Assembly (NCBI GenBank): GCA_963788055.1
Contig: CAWBFA010000005.1
Span: forward strand, 233,783-297,782
DNA: 64,000 nt
Direction of reading: 5' to 3'
Source: an uncultured Actinomycetes bacterium
GTDB taxonomy: Bacteria; Actinomycetota; Thermoleophilia; Gaiellales; Gaiellaceae
Part shown: positions 44,351 to 54,294 of the stretch, one piece after another
How positions within the stretch are numbered: position 1 is the stretch's first letter
Layout: every line of letters starts with the position of its first letter
Translations under genes and position numbers: made by a program
Notes under the pieces: generated by a model
Told to the model about the DNA's origin: nothing
What the model saw: the letters and a program-made list of their open reading frames with translations, nothing else
Databases searched by the model: none

Positions 44351-45926
44351 CTCCTCGAGCGCGAGGTCGCGCAGGATCTGGTGCATCACGTCGTCCGAGA
44401 TCACGCCGGAGCGACGCAGCTCGAGCACGGCTTGCTCCTCGGCGCGCAGGAGCTCGCGACGGACCTGCTGGAACGCCTGCGAGCGATCCTCGATCTCGCT
44501 CCGGTCGTCGTCCAGCCGCTCGCGGAACCGGTCTGCCCGAAAGTTGTACTGGCCGCGGATCCGCTCCGCGGTGTCCTCGCGGACCTCACCCGCCTCGACG
44601 AGCTCCGCGAGCCGCGCGAGCGCGGCCTCGGCCGCGCGGATCCGCGCCTTCGCCTCCTCGACCTGGGCCGCCCCGTCCTCTTCCAGGCCCACGAGCTTGA
44701 TCAGGAGCGGCAGCGTGAGCCCCTGCAGGACGAGCGTCGCCAGGATCACGCACGACGCGAGGAAGATGATGATCTCCCGTCCGGGGAATGGAGCGCCGGC
44801 GTCGGTCGTCAGCGGGATCGCGAGCGCGGCGGCGAGCGACACGGCCCCGCGCATCCCCGCCCACCCGAGGACGAGCGGGATTCGCCAGGTCGGGTACGGA
44901 TCGCGCTCCCGAATCCTTCTGATCAGGAAGCGCGGGACGTACGCGAGCGGAAACACGAACGCCAGCCGGATCAGGATCACCGCCGCGCAGACCCCGGCCG
45001 CGGAGACCGCGAGCTCGCTCGTGGACCAGCCGTCGAGCTGGTCGAGCACCTCGGGAATCTGCAGCCCGACGAGCACGAAGAGCGCGGCGTTGAGGATGAA
45101 CGTCAGGATCGTCCAGAAGGCCTCGCCGTTCAGTCGGGTCTCCGCGTTCGTGAGCTCAGGCGTGTACCAGCCCATGTACAGGCCGACCGTGACGGCGGCG
45201 AGCACCGCCGAGACCCCGAGCGCCTCCGCTGGGAGGTACGCGAGATAGGCGGTGAGGAGCGCGACGGTGATCTCGGTCGGCGGGTCGTTGAGGCGTCTGC
45301 GCACCTGGCGCACGAGGTAGCCGACGACGAGCCCGATCGCGATCCCACCGACCGCGTTGACGACGAGCTGCGCGCCCGCCTCCCAGAGCGAGAACGTGCC
45401 GGCCACCGTCGCGACGACCGCGGTTCGGTAGAAGACGAGCGCACTCGCGTCGTTCAGAAGGCTCTCGCCCTCGATCACCGTGATCAGGCGGCGGGGGACG
45501 CCGAGGCGCCGACCGATCGAGGTCGCCGCGATCGGGTCGGTGGGCGAGACAACCGCGCCGAGCACGAAGGCCGCCTGCCAGGTCAGGCCGTCGACCAGCC
45601 AGTGTGCGACGACGGCGACGCCGGCCATCGTCACCGCAACCAGCCCGATCGCGAGCATCGAGACGGGCCTGAGGTTCGGCGCGCAGGTCGCGCACCGAGG
45701 TGAAGAACGCCGACGAATAGAGGAGCGGCGGCAGGAAGCCGATCAGGATCACTTCGGGAGGCAGGTCGAACTTCGGCAGGCCGGGGACGAACGCGAGACC
45801 GAGCCCGCCGATGACGAGCAGGATCGGGTACGGGATCCGCAAGACGGGCGCCAAAACGACGAGCACACCGAGACCGACGAGCAGCCCGACGAGCTGCCAC
45901 AGCTCATGGGAGTGAAGGTCGATCAC
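44327..45926 (-). CDS. Na+/H+ antiporter (CPA1/NhaP type), interrupted by an apparent +1 frame change near 45675-45682
   Basis: The N-terminal three helices (..LLVIGGLGLAFVPGLP..LLYSSAFFTSVRDLRA) are in the frame of ORF 45156..45986, with a GTG start at 45926. The continuation NLRPVSMLAIGLVAVT... is ORF 44327..45658. Confidence 0.8.
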
Positions 45927-45961
45927 GGGACGATACGGCCTGCCTCCGTAGAGTTCCGCCG

Positions 45962-47845
45962 ATGTGCGGGATCTGTGGGATTGCACTGCGCGACGGCGCC
46001 GTCGACCGAGGCGTGCTCGAGCACATGGCGGCGACGCTCGTGCACCGCGGACCGGATTCCGAGGGGGCCTATCTGAACGGTCCCGTCGGGTTCGCGGCGC
46101 GACGTCTGTCGATCATCGACCTCGAGGGCGGCGACCAGCCGATCACGAACGAGGACGGATCGATCCACGTCGTCCAGAACGGTGAGATCTACAACCACGA
46201 GGAACTGCGCGCTGAGCTCGCGCGCGCGGGGCACACGTTTCGAACGCGTTGCGACACCGAAGTGTTGGTGCACGCCTACGAGGAGTGGGGCGATGCGTTC
46301 GCGCGGCGGCTGCGGGGGATGTTCGCGATCGCGCTCTGGGACGCTCGGCGCTCGCGTCTGGTGCTCGTGCGCGACGCGTTCGGGATCAAGCCGCTCTACT
46401 ACCGGATCGATCGGGACGGGCTCGCGTTCGCGTCAGAGCTGCGCGCGCTCCCGCGCGGCGAGCTCGACCTCGACGCTCTCGAGGCGTTCCTCGCGTTCAA
46501 CTCGATCCCCTCGCCCCTGACGATCTTCCGCGAGTCGCGCAAGCTCGGCGCCGGGTACGTGCTCGTCTGGGAGCGCGGGGAGGCCAGCCTCGAGCGCTTC
46601 GCGCGGCCCGCGCCGGTCGCGGCGGCCGACGTCAGGGACGACGACGAGGCGGAGCTCGTCGAGGAGTGCCGCGCGCGGATGCGCGACTCGGTCCGCGCGC
46701 ACCTCGTGAGCGACGTCCCAGTAGGGGTGCTGCTCTCAGGCGGGGTCGACTCGGGGCTGCTCGCCGCGCTTGCATCGCAGGAGAGCTCCGATCCGCTGCG
46801 CACGTTCTCGATCGGCTTCGAGGAGGGCTCGTTCGACGAGCTCGGCGACGCACGCAAGGTCGCAGAGCGCTACGCGACCGACCACCACGAGCTCGTGCTG
46901 CGGCCCGACGCCGCGCTCCTGCTGCCGGCGCTCGCCGACGCATTCGACGAGCCGTTCGCCGACTCGTCCGCGCTGCCCACCTACCTGGTCTCCGAGCTCG
47001 CGGCCCGGCACGTGAAGGTCGCCCTCTCGGGCGAAGGCGGCGACGAGCTCTTCGGCGGCTACTACACCTACGCGGCCGACCTGCTCGCTCAGCGGTTCGG
47101 CGGCGCGGCCCGGCTCGCGGCACCGCTCGTGGAGCGCCTGCCGAGCTCGAGCGCGAAGGCGAGCTTCGACTACCGCGCGAAGCGGTTCGTCCGGGCGGCG
47201 CACCTCCCACCGCTCGAGCGCCACCACGGTTGGAAGGAGATCTTCTCGCCTGATCTGCGCGCGGAGCTGACGGGCCGGCGGAACGGATTCGATCCGCTGG
47301 ACCTCTACCGCAGCACGTACGCCGAGACGGCGGACGCGGACCTGCTCGCCCGGCTGCAGGACGTCGACCGAACCGTGTACCTCGTCGACGACCTGCTCGT
47401 GAAGACCGACCGCGCGTCGATGGCGCACTCGCTCGAGGCGCGCGTCCCGTTCTGCGACCCGGTCGTCGCCTCCTTCGCGCATGCCTTGCCGACACGGCAC
47501 AAGCTGCGCGGATTGAGAAAGAAGGTGCTGCTCCGCAAGGCGGCCGAGCCGCTCCTCCCGCGTTCGATCGTCTGGGGCAGGAAGCGCGGGTTCTCGATCC
47601 CGGCAGCCGCGTGGCTGCGCGGCGAGCTCGAGCCGTTCGCGCGCGAGACCCTCTCGGCCGAAACGCTGCGGCGGCAGGGGTTCTTCGAGCCGCGAGTCGT
47701 CGAGCGGCTGATCGACGAGCACGTCGCGCGTCGCGAGGACCGCTCACGCCAGCTGTGGGGGCTGCTCGCGTTCACGCTCTGGCACGAGCGCCACGTGGAG
47801 CGGACGCCCGGCCGACCGCGTGTGCCCGAGCTGCTGGCGGCATGA
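45962..47845 (+). CDS. asnB: asparagine synthase (glutamine-hydrolysing) family amidotransferase
   Basis: 627-aa ORF. N-terminal nucleophile MCGI, RLSIIDLEGGDQP, PP-loop VGVLLSGGVDSGLLAAL. Confidence 0.9.
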   Translation: MCGICGIALRDGAVDRGVLEHMAATLVHRGPDSEGAYLNGPVGFAARRLSIIDLEGGDQPITNEDGSIHVVQNGEIYNHEELRAELARAGHTFRTRCDTEVLVHAYEEWGDAFARRLRGMFAIALWDARRSRLVLVRDAFGIKPLYYRIDRDGLAFASELRALPRGELDLDALEAFLAFNSIPSPLTIFRESRKLGAGYVLVWERGEASLERFARPAPVAAADVRDDDEAELVEECRARMRDSVRAHLVSDVPVGVLLSGGVDSGLLAALASQESSDPLRTFSIGFEEGSFDELGDARKVAERYATDHHELVLRPDAALLLPALADAFDEPFADSSALPTYLVSELAARHVKVALSGEGGDELFGGYYTYAADLLAQRFGGAARLAAPLVERLPSSSAKASFDYRAKRFVRAAHLPPLERHHGWKEIFSPDLRAELTGRRNGFDPLDLYRSTYAETADADLLARLQDVDRTVYLVDDLLVKTDRASMAHSLEARVPFCDPVVASFAHALPTRHKLRGLRKKVLLRKAAEPLLPRSIVWGRKRGFSIPAAAWLRGELEPFARETLSAETLRRQGFFEPRVVERLIDEHVARREDRSRQLWGLLAFTLWHERHVERTPGRPRVPELLAA

Positions 47846-48892
47846 AGGTCTGGATCGACATGACCGCGAGCGCGCACGTGCTCGTCTTCCGGCCTCTCAT
47901 ACGACATCTTGCGCGCGCGTGGCGACGAGGTCGAGATCACCGCGCGCGAATACGCGCAGACGCTGCAGCTGCTCGAGCTGCACGGGCTCGAGGCGGAGGT
48001 GATCGGCGCGCACGGCGGCCGCTCGCGCACCGGAAAGGCGCGCGCGCTCGCTTCCCGCCTGCACGCGCTGCGGCGCTGGGCGAAGGGACGCGGCTTCGAC
48101 GTCGCGCTCGCGCACGGCTCGCACGAGCTGACGATCACGGCGCGGCGACTCGGTGTCCCCAGCTCGACGACGTTCGACTACGAGTGGGCGTGGCTGCAGC
48201 ACCAACTCGGCTGCCGCGCGGCGACGAAGGTCGTCGTGCCGGACACGATCCCGCCGGAGCGCCTTCGCCCCTACGGCGTCGACGAGCGCAAGCTGCTTCA
48301 GTACGAGGGCCTGAAGGAGGAGTACTACCTCTCCGACTTCGAGCCGGACCCGTCGGCGCTCGCCGCGTGGGAGCTCGAACCGGCGCGCGTGCTCGTGGTC
48401 CTCCGGCCGCCGCCCGACGTCTCGCTCTACCACCGGCACTCGAACCCGCTCTTCCCCCAGACGCTCGACCTGCTCGGGAACCGCGACGACATCCACGCGA
48501 TCGTGATCCCGCGAACCGACGACCAGCGCGCGTTCGTGCAGGGCCTCGCGCTTCCGTCGGTGATCGTCCCCGAACGCGCCGTCGACGCGCAGAGCCTGAT
48601 CGCCTTTGCCGACCTCGTCGTCTCCTCGGGCGGGACGATGAACCGCGAGGCTGCTGCGCTCGGCGTGCCCGTGTACACGACGTTCGGAGGCCGGCTCGGC
48701 GGCGTCGACGAGGCCCTGATTCGCGAGGGCCGCCTCGTGCCGCTGAGCGACCCTCGGGCGCTCGAACTCCGCAAGCGAGATGCAGATTTGCGCCCGCAGA
48801 TCAGGCGGGATCCACGGGTGATGCTCGACCTTCTGCTCGCGGCCTGCTTAGAACGCCCCGGCTCAAGTCATCTCCAGGGGAGAGGGGCATGA
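47842..48892 (+). CDS. DUF354 protein (GT-B-like, commonly paired with AsnB in glycan loci), interrupted by an apparent +1 frame change near 47897-47902
   Basis: The ATG at 47842 overlaps the asnB TGA. MKVWIDMTASAHVLVFRPL is in one frame. YDILRARGDEVEITAREYAQTLQLLELHG... continues in the +1 frame (ORF 47909..48892). Confidence 0.7.
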
Positions 48893-50515
48893 AGAACGCA
48901 CTGCTTCTCGTCGCGGCGTTCTTGCGAGCGGCGGCTGGTAGCCACTGCGGCTGCGACTGGCGGGGCGGCAACGAGGCCGGCTTCGAGACGCGCGGCTCCG
49001 TCGATGCTGCTCGGCCCGGTCCGGGATCGAGCGTCGGAGCCGATCATCTCGACCGGCGACATCGTCGGCGGCTACAGATGTTCGAGTCGATTCCCGGACG
49101 GCATCGCGCTGCGACGAAGGCACGGCAAGAACGATCGAGGTCGTTACGTGAACCACGAGACGTCGCTCGGCCGCCCGTTCCCGCGCCGACCGCTCCGCCG
49201 AGGCGACTCGCAGAACGCGCGATACTCGAGCAGCCTGCTGACGCTGAACCGGCGACAACGGGCCGTGCTCGCAGGGGAGCATCGCGATCCCGAGCTCCGA
49301 GGGCTACCAGCGGTTCTGCTCGAACTTCCTCGCGACGAGGCGGCACGGCTTCGACCGGACTGATCTTCACGAACGAGGAGGCGCATCGACTCGGTCCAGC
49401 GTGCGGGCAAGGCACGGCCGACCACGATCGGCGCCGCCGACTCGCGGCAGACGGCACAGTCGTCGCGCAGGACGTGCTCACCGGCGTGACCAAGCCGATC
49501 TGGGGCATGGGCCGGCACAACCACGAGAACAGCCTCGCGGTGCCGGGGTACGGGCATCCGGTCGTGCTCTCGGGCGACGACTCGTTCGGAACGACCCCGC
49601 CCAGTCGCAGCGTCTACCTGTATCGCGTACAGCGCGGACGACGTGTGAACGACGGCGGCGAGCTCTACGCGTTCGTCTCCGACACGCCGTGGCAAGGACG
49701 ACTACTTCGACTTCGCCCCCGGCGACCAGACGTCCATCACCGGCGACTTCGTGCAGGTCCCCAAGGACGTGGCGACCGGACGGAAGGCAGACGGCACCGA
49801 GCTGATGGCCGCCGACAGTCCTACCCGGCTCCGCCGAGCGTCGCTGGCAGCGCGACGCCGTCACCCAGCTCCGATCGACGGGCCGCAGTGGGTCCTCGAG
49901 CACTGGGGCGACATCGCCGCAGCCGGTGTTCCAGTTCGTCCGGATCGAGGACATGGCGTACGACACGCGGCAGGGCATGGAGACGTCGTCTATCTCGTCG
50001 ACACGGGCGCGGCACGCTGCCGACCGCACGCCCCCGGCAGGCCAGGCGCGCTCGACGAACGGGCGCGTCTGGACCAGATGGATCATCGACACGAGCGACC
50101 CGACCAAGCGTCGCAGTGACTCTCGATCCTGATCGACGGAGACGCCAGCCGGTCAAGACGCCGACCGAGATCCATCAGCCCGACAACATCGAGTCGACGC
50201 CGCAGGGTCTGTCTGATCACCGAGGACCCGGGGTCAGAACCAGCAGTTCCTCGCCGACCGACGCCAACGCGACCACCGCGCGCATCGTGCGGTACCGTTC
50301 GCGACCGAGCACGCTCGAACATCGCCTGGGAGTCGTCGGGCGTGATCAACGCGCGCCGCTGCTCGGCGACGACTGTGGCTCGATGGACGCCCCGGCGCAC
50401 GGCATCCTCGACGCGCCTCGGCCCGGTCGCGACTCCGCCGGGCGTGCAGCCGGTCCCGTTCACTGGGGTCGGCGAGGCCGGGCAACTGTTCGCCGTCCAC
50501 ACGCCGAACAGCTAG
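48889..50515 (+). pseudogene. decayed gene for a secreted protein (PhoX/DUF839-like by motif resemblance only), many frame changes
   Basis: The ATG at 48889 overlaps the previous TGA. Protein-like blocks alternate among all three plus frames: PIISTGDIVGGY..YVNHETS; GYQRFCSNFLAT; DVLTGVTKPIWGMGRHNHENSLAVPGYGHPVVLSGDDSF; GGELYAFVSDTP; KDDYFDFAPGDQTSITGDFVQVPKDV; IDGPQWVLEHWGD; VFQFVRIEDMAYDTRQGM; PVKTPTEIHQPDNIESTPQGL; AWESSGVI; GQLFAVHTPNS*. Final TAG at 50513..50515. Confidence 0.65.
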
Positions 50516-50523
50516 GGGCGGCG

Positions 50524-52374
50524 CTACGCCGCCGGGGCTTCGGCGCCGGCGGCGACGGCGGCCAGGACGTCCTCGCCGTAGCGCTCGAGCTTCGCCGGGC
50601 CGACGCCCGACACGCCGCCGAGCTCGGCAAGACTCGCGGGCCGGCGCGCGGCGATCTCGGCAAGCGTCGCGTCGTGGAAGACGACGTAGGCCGGCTTGCC
50701 CTCCTCCTTCGCGCGATCGAGCCGCCAGCGCTTCAGCGATACGAGCAGCGGATCGTCGGCGACGACCGGCGGCGCGGCCCCGACGCCGAGCTCGGTCAGG
50801 AACCGGCTCGGCTTCGTGGACCAGGTCAGCGTCAGGTGCCGGCGCGCGCGCGTGATCCCGACGTAGAACAGGCGCCGCTCTTCCGCGATCTCGTCGTCCG
50901 TCTTCGCGCGCTTGGACGGGAGCTCGCGCGAGTCGAGCCGTGGGAGGAAGACCGCGTCGAACTCCAGGCCCTTCGCGCGGTGGTAGGTCAGGAGGTGCAC
51001 GCCTCCGGCCGCGCCGCTCGAGAACCGCGCCCGCAGGTCTGCGACGAACTCGGCAACCGTCCCCGCATCACCCGCCAGCGCGACGAGGAGCTTCAGGTCC
51101 TTCTGCCGCGTCTCCTCGCGCTCGCCGATCCGCTGCGGAGGCGCCTCGAGCAGGCCGTGCTCGAGCGCGACGCGCCGCACCTCCTCGGAGGCCGGCAGCT
51201 CCTCGCGGCCGCGCAGCACCTTCAGCAGCTGTCGTGCAGCGTCGCGCTCGAGGAGCGCCGCGCCCTGGAACGGGATCTTCGCCTCGGCGAACGCCGCCTC
51301 GAAGTCGGCCGAGCGCGCGTTCAGCCGGTAGAGGACGGCCATCTCGTCGTACGCGACGCCGTCGGCTCGCAGGGCGCGAACCCGCTCGACGACGAAGTCG
51401 AGCTCGTCGGCGAGCGATGCGAACGGCCTCGCCACGGGCGCAGCACCGTTGTCCCGTGTCGCCCGCAGCGTCTTCGGGGCTCCGCCGAGCTTCGGCACGA
51501 GGCGATTCGCGAGGTCGAGCACCTCAGGCGTCGAGCGGTAGTTCGCTTCGAGGCGAACGACCGTCGCGTGCGGGTAGCGCTCCGGCAGCTCGAGCAGGTG
51601 GCGCGGGGTCGCTCCGGTGAACGCGTAGATCGCCTGGTAGTCGTCGCCGACGGCGCAGAGGTCGTCGCGCTCGCCCAGCCAGAGCTCGAGCAGCGTCTGC
51701 TGGAGCAGGTTGACGTCCTGGTACTCGTCGACCGTGAACGCGCGGTAGCGGGCCTGGACGACGCCGAGTGCGTCCTTGTCCCGCTCATAGAGGCCGATCG
51801 CGCCCGCGAGAAGATCCTCGAAGTCGACGGAGCCGCGTTCCTCCTTGCGCCGCTCGTAGTCGCGGAACACGCGCTGCATCAGCTCGGGCGGGATCGGCGA
51901 CTCGTGCCCGTCGAGGCCGTCGAGGTAGGTCTCCGGCGTCAGCCGACGGTTCTTCGCCCACTCGACCTCCGTCGCGAGATCGGCCGCCGCAGTGAACTTG
52001 TACGGCATCGGCAGCGAGTTGCCGATCCAGCGCAGCGTCAGCACCTTCGACGAGAGGATCTTCAGGTTCGGCACCTTCCCGAAGAACGAGAGCTGCGCGA
52101 GCGCAGCGGAGTGGAAGGTCGCCGCACGCACGCGCTCGACGCCCAGCGCGGCGAGCCGGGCACGCATCTCGCCCGCGGCCTTGTCGGTGAACGTGACCGC
52201 GAGGATCTGCTCGGGGACGAACGCGTCCGTCGCAACCTGGTTCGCGATGCGATGGGTGATCGTCGTCGTCTTGCCCGAGCCCGCGCCGGCCAGGATGCAG
52301 ACAGGCCCGCGAACGGCCTCCGCCGCCCGCCGCTGCTCCGGGTTCAGTCCGCCGAGAATCCGCTGCTCGTCCAT
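50524..52374 (-). CDS. UvrD/Rep-family DNA helicase with C-terminal HRDC-like domain (UvrD2-like)
   Basis: Protein-like part of ORF 50524..52569 from the ATG at 52374. LNPEQRRAAEAV..ILAGAGSGKTTTI, TFTDKAAGEM, VDEYQDVN, TYHRAKGLEFD. The tail is LKRWRLDRAKEEGKPAYVVFHDATLAEIA. Confidence 0.85.
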   Translation of the reverse strand: MDEQRILGGLNPEQRRAAEAVRGPVCILAGAGSGKTTTITHRIANQVATDAFVPEQILAVTFTDKAAGEMRARLAALGVERVRAATFHSAALAQLSFFGKVPNLKILSSKVLTLRWIGNSLPMPYKFTAAADLATEVEWAKNRRLTPETYLDGLDGHESPIPPELMQRVFRDYERRKEERGSVDFEDLLAGAIGLYERDKDALGVVQARYRAFTVDEYQDVNLLQQTLLELWLGERDDLCAVGDDYQAIYAFTGATPRHLLELPERYPHATVVRLEANYRSTPEVLDLANRLVPKLGGAPKTLRATRDNGAAPVARPFASLADELDFVVERVRALRADGVAYDEMAVLYRLNARSADFEAAFAEAKIPFQGAALLERDAARQLLKVLRGREELPASEEVRRVALEHGLLEAPPQRIGEREETRQKDLKLLVALAGDAGTVAEFVADLRARFSSGAAGGVHLLTYHRAKGLEFDAVFLPRLDSRELPSKRAKTDDEIAEERRLFYVGITRARRHLTLTWSTKPSRFLTELGVGAAPPVVADDPLLVSLKRWRLDRAKEEGKPAYVVFHDATLAEIAARRPASLAELGGVSGVGPAKLERYGEDVLAAVAAGAEAPAA

Positions 52375-52424
52375 CGGGACGTTCAACCGTAGAGACGGCG
52401 CGGGACGGAGCCCGCCCGTGGCCG

Positions 52425-54294
52425 TTACGCCGGGGTAACGGGAGTGGAACGCGACTGTGCCGACGTGCGCACAGGCGCCTTCACGATCGCCGCGAGCCGC
52501 GAGACGAGCTCCAAAGTGTCGCCTTCCTGGACGAGCCGTTCGAGCGCGTTCAGCTCCTCCTCGAGCCACGCGGGATCGACAGGCTCCCGGGTCGCCCGGG
52601 AGATCTTCGGGTACGGCGTCGGATGCACGGTCTCGCCCTCGTTCCAGAGCTCCTCGTGCAGCCGCTCGCCCGGCCTGACGCCGACGAACTCGACCCGCAC
52701 GTCGGCACGCCCCGAGAGGCGGATCATGTTCTCCGCCAGGTCGACGATCCGAACGGGCTCGCCCATGTCGAGCACGTAGACCTCGCCGCGGCCCCCGATC
52801 GCACCCGCCTGGACGACGAGCGAAGACGCCTCGGGGATCGTCATGAAGTACCTCGTCATCTCGGGATGAGTGACCGTGAGCGGCCCGCCTCGCTCGAGCT
52901 GGCGGCGGAAGATGGGGACGACCGAGCCTGAGGAGCCGAGCACGTTGCCGAAGCGAACCGCCACGAAGCGCGTCGGGACGTCGTCACGGTGCCCGTACGT
53001 CTCGACGACCCATTCGCAAAGCGCCTTCGACTGCCCCATCACGGTCTTCGGGTTGACCGCTTTGTCCGTCGAGACGAGCACGAAGCGCTCTGTGCCGAAC
53101 TCGACGGCGACCTCGGCGACGCAACGCGACGCCAGCACGTTGTTCCGCACGGACTCGATCGGGTTCGCCTCCATGAGCGGCACGTGCTTGTACGCCGCGG
53201 CGTGGAAGACGACCTCGGGCCGGTAGCGCTCGAAGACCTGCCGCAGCTTCGCGCGGTTGCCGCAGTCCGCGAGCACCGGCACGCTCGCGGGGAACTCGCG
53301 CTCCTCGACGAGTTCGCGCTCGATCTCGAAGAGCGGTGTCTCGGCCGAATCGACGAGCACGAGCCGCGCGGGCTGGACGCGCTCGATCTGGCGGCAGAGC
53401 TCGGAGCCGATCGACCCTCCCGCGCCTGTGACGAGCACGGTCTTGCCGGCGAGGTACGACGCGACCGAGGGCAGGTCGACCTCCACCGGCTCGCGCCCGA
53501 GGACGTCCTCGACCTGCGACCGGGCGGATCTGGTTCGCGAGGTCGAGGTCGCCGGCGATCAGCTCGTGGAGCCCCGGGAGGGTCTTCACGGGCACGCGCT
53601 CGGCGCTCGCCATCTCGACGATCCGCCGGCGGAACTCGCCTCGAGCCGAGGGAACCGCGATCAGCACCTCGTCGGGCCGGTTGTCGCGCAGGATGTGCGG
53701 GAGGTCGTCGGTGGTCCCCAGCACGCGCACGCCGAGCAGGCGCATGCCCCGCTTGCGCGGGTCGTCGTCGACCAGCCCGATCGGCGTCGAGCGCGCGAGC
53801 TTCGAGCGCTGCAGCTCCTGCACGATCAGACGCCCCGCGTCTCCCGCGCCGACGACGAGAACCTTCTTGCCACGCGCGACGATTCCGCCCTTCGGACGCT
53901 CGATCACCGTTCGCGCGAGCAGGCGAGAGCCCGCGACGAACGCGAGCAGGAGCAGCGGGTCGACGACGGCGACGCCGCGAGGCAGACGCAGCCGCTCGAC
54001 GGGATAGAAGAAGTAGACCGCTGCAACCGCGAGCACCGAAGCGACCGCAACGCCGGCGACCGCACGCCACATGTCTCGCGTGGAGACGTAGCGCCACCAG
54101 CGCTGGTAGAACCCGAACGCGACGAAGACGGAGAGCTGGATCGCGACCACGAACAGGATCGTCTCGCGCAGCATCGACTCGTAGAAGCCCGGCACCTCGA
54201 AGTCGAAGCGCAGCTGGAAGGCGAGATACCAGGCGGCGGCGATCAGCACCGCGTCGACGGCGGCCTGCCAGATCCGATGCCGGGTAATCGGCAT
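52425..54294 (-). CDS. membrane-bound NDP-sugar 4,6-dehydratase (CapD/WbpM/PglF-like), interrupted by an apparent +1 frame change near 53514-53520
   Basis: The ATG at 54294 overlaps the upstream TGA. The N-terminal 4-TM plus linker part (..LPGLHELIAGDLDLANQIRPV) is in the frame of ORF 52984..54297. The continuation QVEDVLGREPVEVDL..GKTVLVTGAGGSIGSEL..YKHVPLME..MGQSKAL is ORF 52425..53486. Confidence 0.8.

Noticed and set aside
47611-52392. 1593-aa plus-strand ORF, the longest in the window
   Set aside because: It is a composite. It runs out of frame through the end of asnB and DUF354, coincides only piecewise with the decayed gene at 48889..50515, and then runs antisense to the UvrD-like helicase. 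The translation is mostly Arg/Ala/Pro/Gly low complexity, typical of wrong-frame reading in GC-rich DNA.
20440-53520. Programmed +1 ribosomal frameshifting as the explanation for the recurrent +1 breaks
   Set aside because: The eight +1 sites share no slippery motif, rare or stop codon at the shift position, or upstream SD-like stimulator that I can see. The genes are functionally unrelated. Indel error or decay is the more economical explanation, and I kept that as a finding to be tested by resequencing.
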